A stretch of 6,595 nt of DNA, taken from Candidatus Nanopusillus sp. GTDB lineage: Archaea; Nanobdellota; Nanobdellia; Nanobdellales; Nanobdellaceae. Where the stretch lies: the NCBI GenBank assembly GCA_036845085.1, contig DAIUEN010000030.1, positions 1 through 6,595 on the forward strand. The letters are read 5' to 3'. Positions 5,129-6,595 of this stretch are shown one piece after another. Position 1 is the stretch's first letter. Each line of letters starts with the position of its first letter. Below the pieces are notes generated by a model that saw only the letters and a program-made list of their open reading frames with translations, searched no databases and was not told the origin of the DNA. The translations under genes were made by a program, and so were the position numbers.

Positions 5129-5913
5129 CTTATTTTTTCTAATAAATAATTTTTAAATCTTTCAGCTTGTTCTGTCAAAAACATAAATTCTTCTAAAGAT
5201 ATTTTACCAGATCTCCTAGTTTGTAATGCATGTATTTTATCTGTAATTCCTATATGTATAATCATATCTGCAGCATCTTCTTCATATTTATTTGGATCAA
5301 CTATAAATTTATCATCAATTTTTGCGAAAGTAACCATGACTGGTATATTTTTATTTAGAGGTATATTTTCTGTCTTAACTTTTGGATCTATTTTGTATTT
5401 ATCTACAACTTTTTCCAACTTTGGTAATTTTGCATTTAATAGAGAACATACTGCTGCTAATACAGATGCATCAATTATATTTCCATCATCATCTAAAACA
5501 TATATATCTATAAATGTAGTCCATACATATTTTCCAGGTTCTATTACCAATTTTTTTAAGTCTATAAAACGAGATTCTCTTATAATTCTATCAACAATTC
5601 TAGAATATTCTATAGATAAATCAGATGGTCCTGGATCTATTGTTGGAAATGCCATAGGAGATAATTCAACATTTGTTATAAATATTCCTTCATCAGGTTT
5701 GTCTTCAAATGGTTCTCCAATCTCAAATTTTATCCCAGCTAAAACCTTAGTATTACCAAACTCTACATAGCAAGAACCTTCAGCATTTTTTATAAAATTT
5801 TTTATTATCTTTATTGGTCTATATTCCATTAGTTTCCTCCGATCAATTCTTAACTCATCTTTTATTATTTCTCTTACATAGTTTATAATACTATCTCTTA
5901 CACCAAGATCCAT
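5125..5913 (-). CDS. rrp42: Exosome complex component Rrp42 (RNase PH-like, non-catalytic subunit)
   Basis: 262 aa. It is colinear with archaeal Rrp42 as recalled from Sulfolobus/Pyrococcus: R(I)D(R)RKLMEYRPIKI..., AEGSCYVEFGNTKVLAGIKFEIGEPFEDKPDEGIFITNVELSPMAFPTIDPGPSD...IEYSRIVDRIIRES...DLKKLVIEPGKYVWTTFIDIYVLDDDGNIIDASVLAAV. The 'EIGEPF.D.PDEG' and 'EPGP(P/S)D' blocks distinguish Rrp42 from Rrp41. Confidence 0.88.
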   Translation of the reverse strand: MDLGVRDSIINYVREIIKDELRIDRRKLMEYRPIKIIKNFIKNAEGSCYVEFGNTKVLAGIKFEIGEPFEDKPDEGIFITNVELSPMAFPTIDPGPSDLSIEYSRIVDRIIRESRFIDLKKLVIEPGKYVWTTFIDIYVLDDDGNIIDASVLAAVCSLLNAKLPKLEKVVDKYKIDPKVKTENIPLNKNIPVMVTFAKIDDKFIVDPNKYEEDAADMIIHIGITDKIHALQTRRSGKISLEEFMFLTEQAERFKNYLLEKIR

Positions 5914-5934
5914 TGATTAGAATATCTAAAAAAA

Positions 5935-5942
5935 TTTTATAA
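5935..5942 (-). promoter_or_regulatory. TATA-like box (TTATAAAA on the minus strand) upstream of rrp42
   Basis: 21 nt separate the box from the rrp42 ATG (5913), within a 120-nt intergenic region. Same geometry as the other unit heads in the window. Low specificity. Confidence 0.3.
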
Positions 5943-5993
5943 CTGTGTAAGATAGATTGCAATTAAAATAAGAATAAAACTAAAAATTAATTT

Positions 5994-6008
5994 AAAAAGA
6001 TCAAAAAA
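5994..6008 (-). terminator. Oligo-T tracts (minus strand) downstream of the S-layer-like gene
   Basis: Plus-strand AAAAA (5994-5998) and AAAAAA (6003-6008) read as T5 and T6 on the minus strand, 25-40 nt after the stop at 6034-6036. This is the usual archaeal termination signal, but the context is AT-rich. Confidence 0.25.
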
Positions 6009-6033
6009 TAATTCTCTTATTTCACTATCCAAA

Positions 6034-6595
6034 TTACTGGACTTTTACTAAGCTTGGTGCAGATGTTTTAACTCCTTTTATTTGTACTACTGCAGCATTA
6101 TCTAATTGTGCTGCATTTAATCCTGTTAATAGATATTGTGCAAATAATACTGTTGCTTGTGTTGTATCATCTCCCTCCCATCCGAATATTACTAGTGAAT
6201 TTGGATATACATTTGTTCTCATTATTACTGCATTACCACTTCCAAAGTCTTGTCCTGTAACACTTCTCCATACTGGTGCTATTTGACTTCCATATAGATA
6301 TCCATTTTGTTGTGCTTTTAATGCTGCTAATTCTTGTGAGTTCAAGAATGATACTACAGCTTCAGCTGCTAATTTGTTTATTGCTGGTCCACCAACAATT
6401 ATTAAGTTACTCATTCCTGATGTTACTTGAGAATCCAATATTACTTTTCCAACCAATGATACTGGTCTATCTTGTTGTACTGTTACAGTTACTGTTTGTT
6501 GAGATGTTGTTGTTTGTTGTGGTCTGTATTCTCTTGGTGCTAGTCCAACATCAATTCTTAATGCTTCTGCTGGTGCATATACAGATAATGTCTTT
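6034..6595 (-). CDS. S-layer-type surface protein, C-terminal part (5'-truncated by the window edge)
   Basis: The ORF-track start (6456) is a TTG. I translated the frame upstream by hand and it stays open to nt 6594 (...KTLSVYAPAEALRIDVGLAPREYRPQQTTTSQQTVTVTVQQDRPVS-LVGKVILD...). NLIIVGGPAINKLAAEAV and SLVIFGWEGDDTTQATVLFAQYL resemble the archaeal S-layer C-terminal domain blocks as I recall them ('N(L)I(L)VGGP.(V)N.L(T/A)' and '(V)(V)AG(W/Y)...DT..A...(L)A'). Composition is A/V/Q/T/S/G/N-rich and K/E/I-poor, very unlike the other CDSs. Confidence 0.55.
   Translation of the reverse strand, partial: KTLSVYAPAEALRIDVGLAPREYRPQQTTTSQQTVTVTVQQDRPVSLVGKVILDSQVTSGMSNLIIVGGPAINKLAAEAVVSFLNSQELAALKAQQNGYLYGSQIAPVWRSVTGQDFGSGNAVIMRTNVYPNSLVIFGWEGDDTTQATVLFAQYLLTGLNAAQLDNAAVVQIKGVKTSAPSLVKVQ

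Noticed and set aside
5336-5770. 144-aa plus-strand ORF
   Set aside because: It is antisense to rrp42, which aligns along its whole length with the Rrp42 family pattern. The ORF is S/F/N/I-rich with no motif.
5914-6033. The 120-nt intergenic region between rrp42 and the S-layer-like gene as a possible small RNA or small ORF
   Set aside because: There is no ATG-initiated ORF, no C/D or H/ACA box pattern, and no GC-rich stem. A structured RNA in this thermophile-like genome would be expected to be GC-rich like the tRNA. The region is explained by a terminator plus a promoter.
1-6595. CRISPR arrays, rRNA, transposases or large repeats
   Set aside because: No regularly spaced direct repeats, no rRNA-like GC-rich structured stretches other than the single tRNA, and no long inverted or direct repeats were seen. 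The only short repeats are the 14-nt palindrome (3054-3067) and the AAGT(6-7) duplication (3832-3850), both reported above.

Overview
This is a very AT-rich, very gene-dense archaeal chromosomal segment. All homology calls are motif recognition by eye; no database search was run. The archaeal assignment rests on RNA polymerase subunit K/Rpo6, exosome subunit Rrp42 and an S-layer-type C-terminal domain. The single tRNA is 48/72 = 67% G+C in a strongly AT-rich background, which suggests a (hyper)thermophile with a compact genome, possibly nanoarchaeote/DPANN-like; the lineage is inference only. Left to right: (1) the 3' tail of an unknown CDS; (2) a GalT-like HIT-superfamily nucleotidyltransferase followed 11 nt later by a RelE/ParE-like toxin-fold protein with no visible antitoxin; (3) convergent asparaginyl-tRNA synthetase; (4) tRNA-Val(GAC); (5) two tandem, mutually paralogous uncharacterised proteins with winged-helix-like C-termini, the second overlapping a YbaK/ProX-type aminoacyl-tRNA deacylase gene; (6) on the minus strand, rrp42 and rpoK joined by an ATGA overlap; (7) the 3' part of an S-layer-like gene that runs off the right edge. 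The best candidates for something undescribed are two cassettes. One is the tRNA-adjacent cassette at 3039-4950: a TATA-like box, a perfect 14-nt palindrome, the two paralogous winged-helix/Cys-motif proteins and the overlapping deacylase. The other is the GalT-like enzyme plus orphan RelE-like pair at 168-1537. No CRISPR array, integrase, transposase or rRNA is visible.
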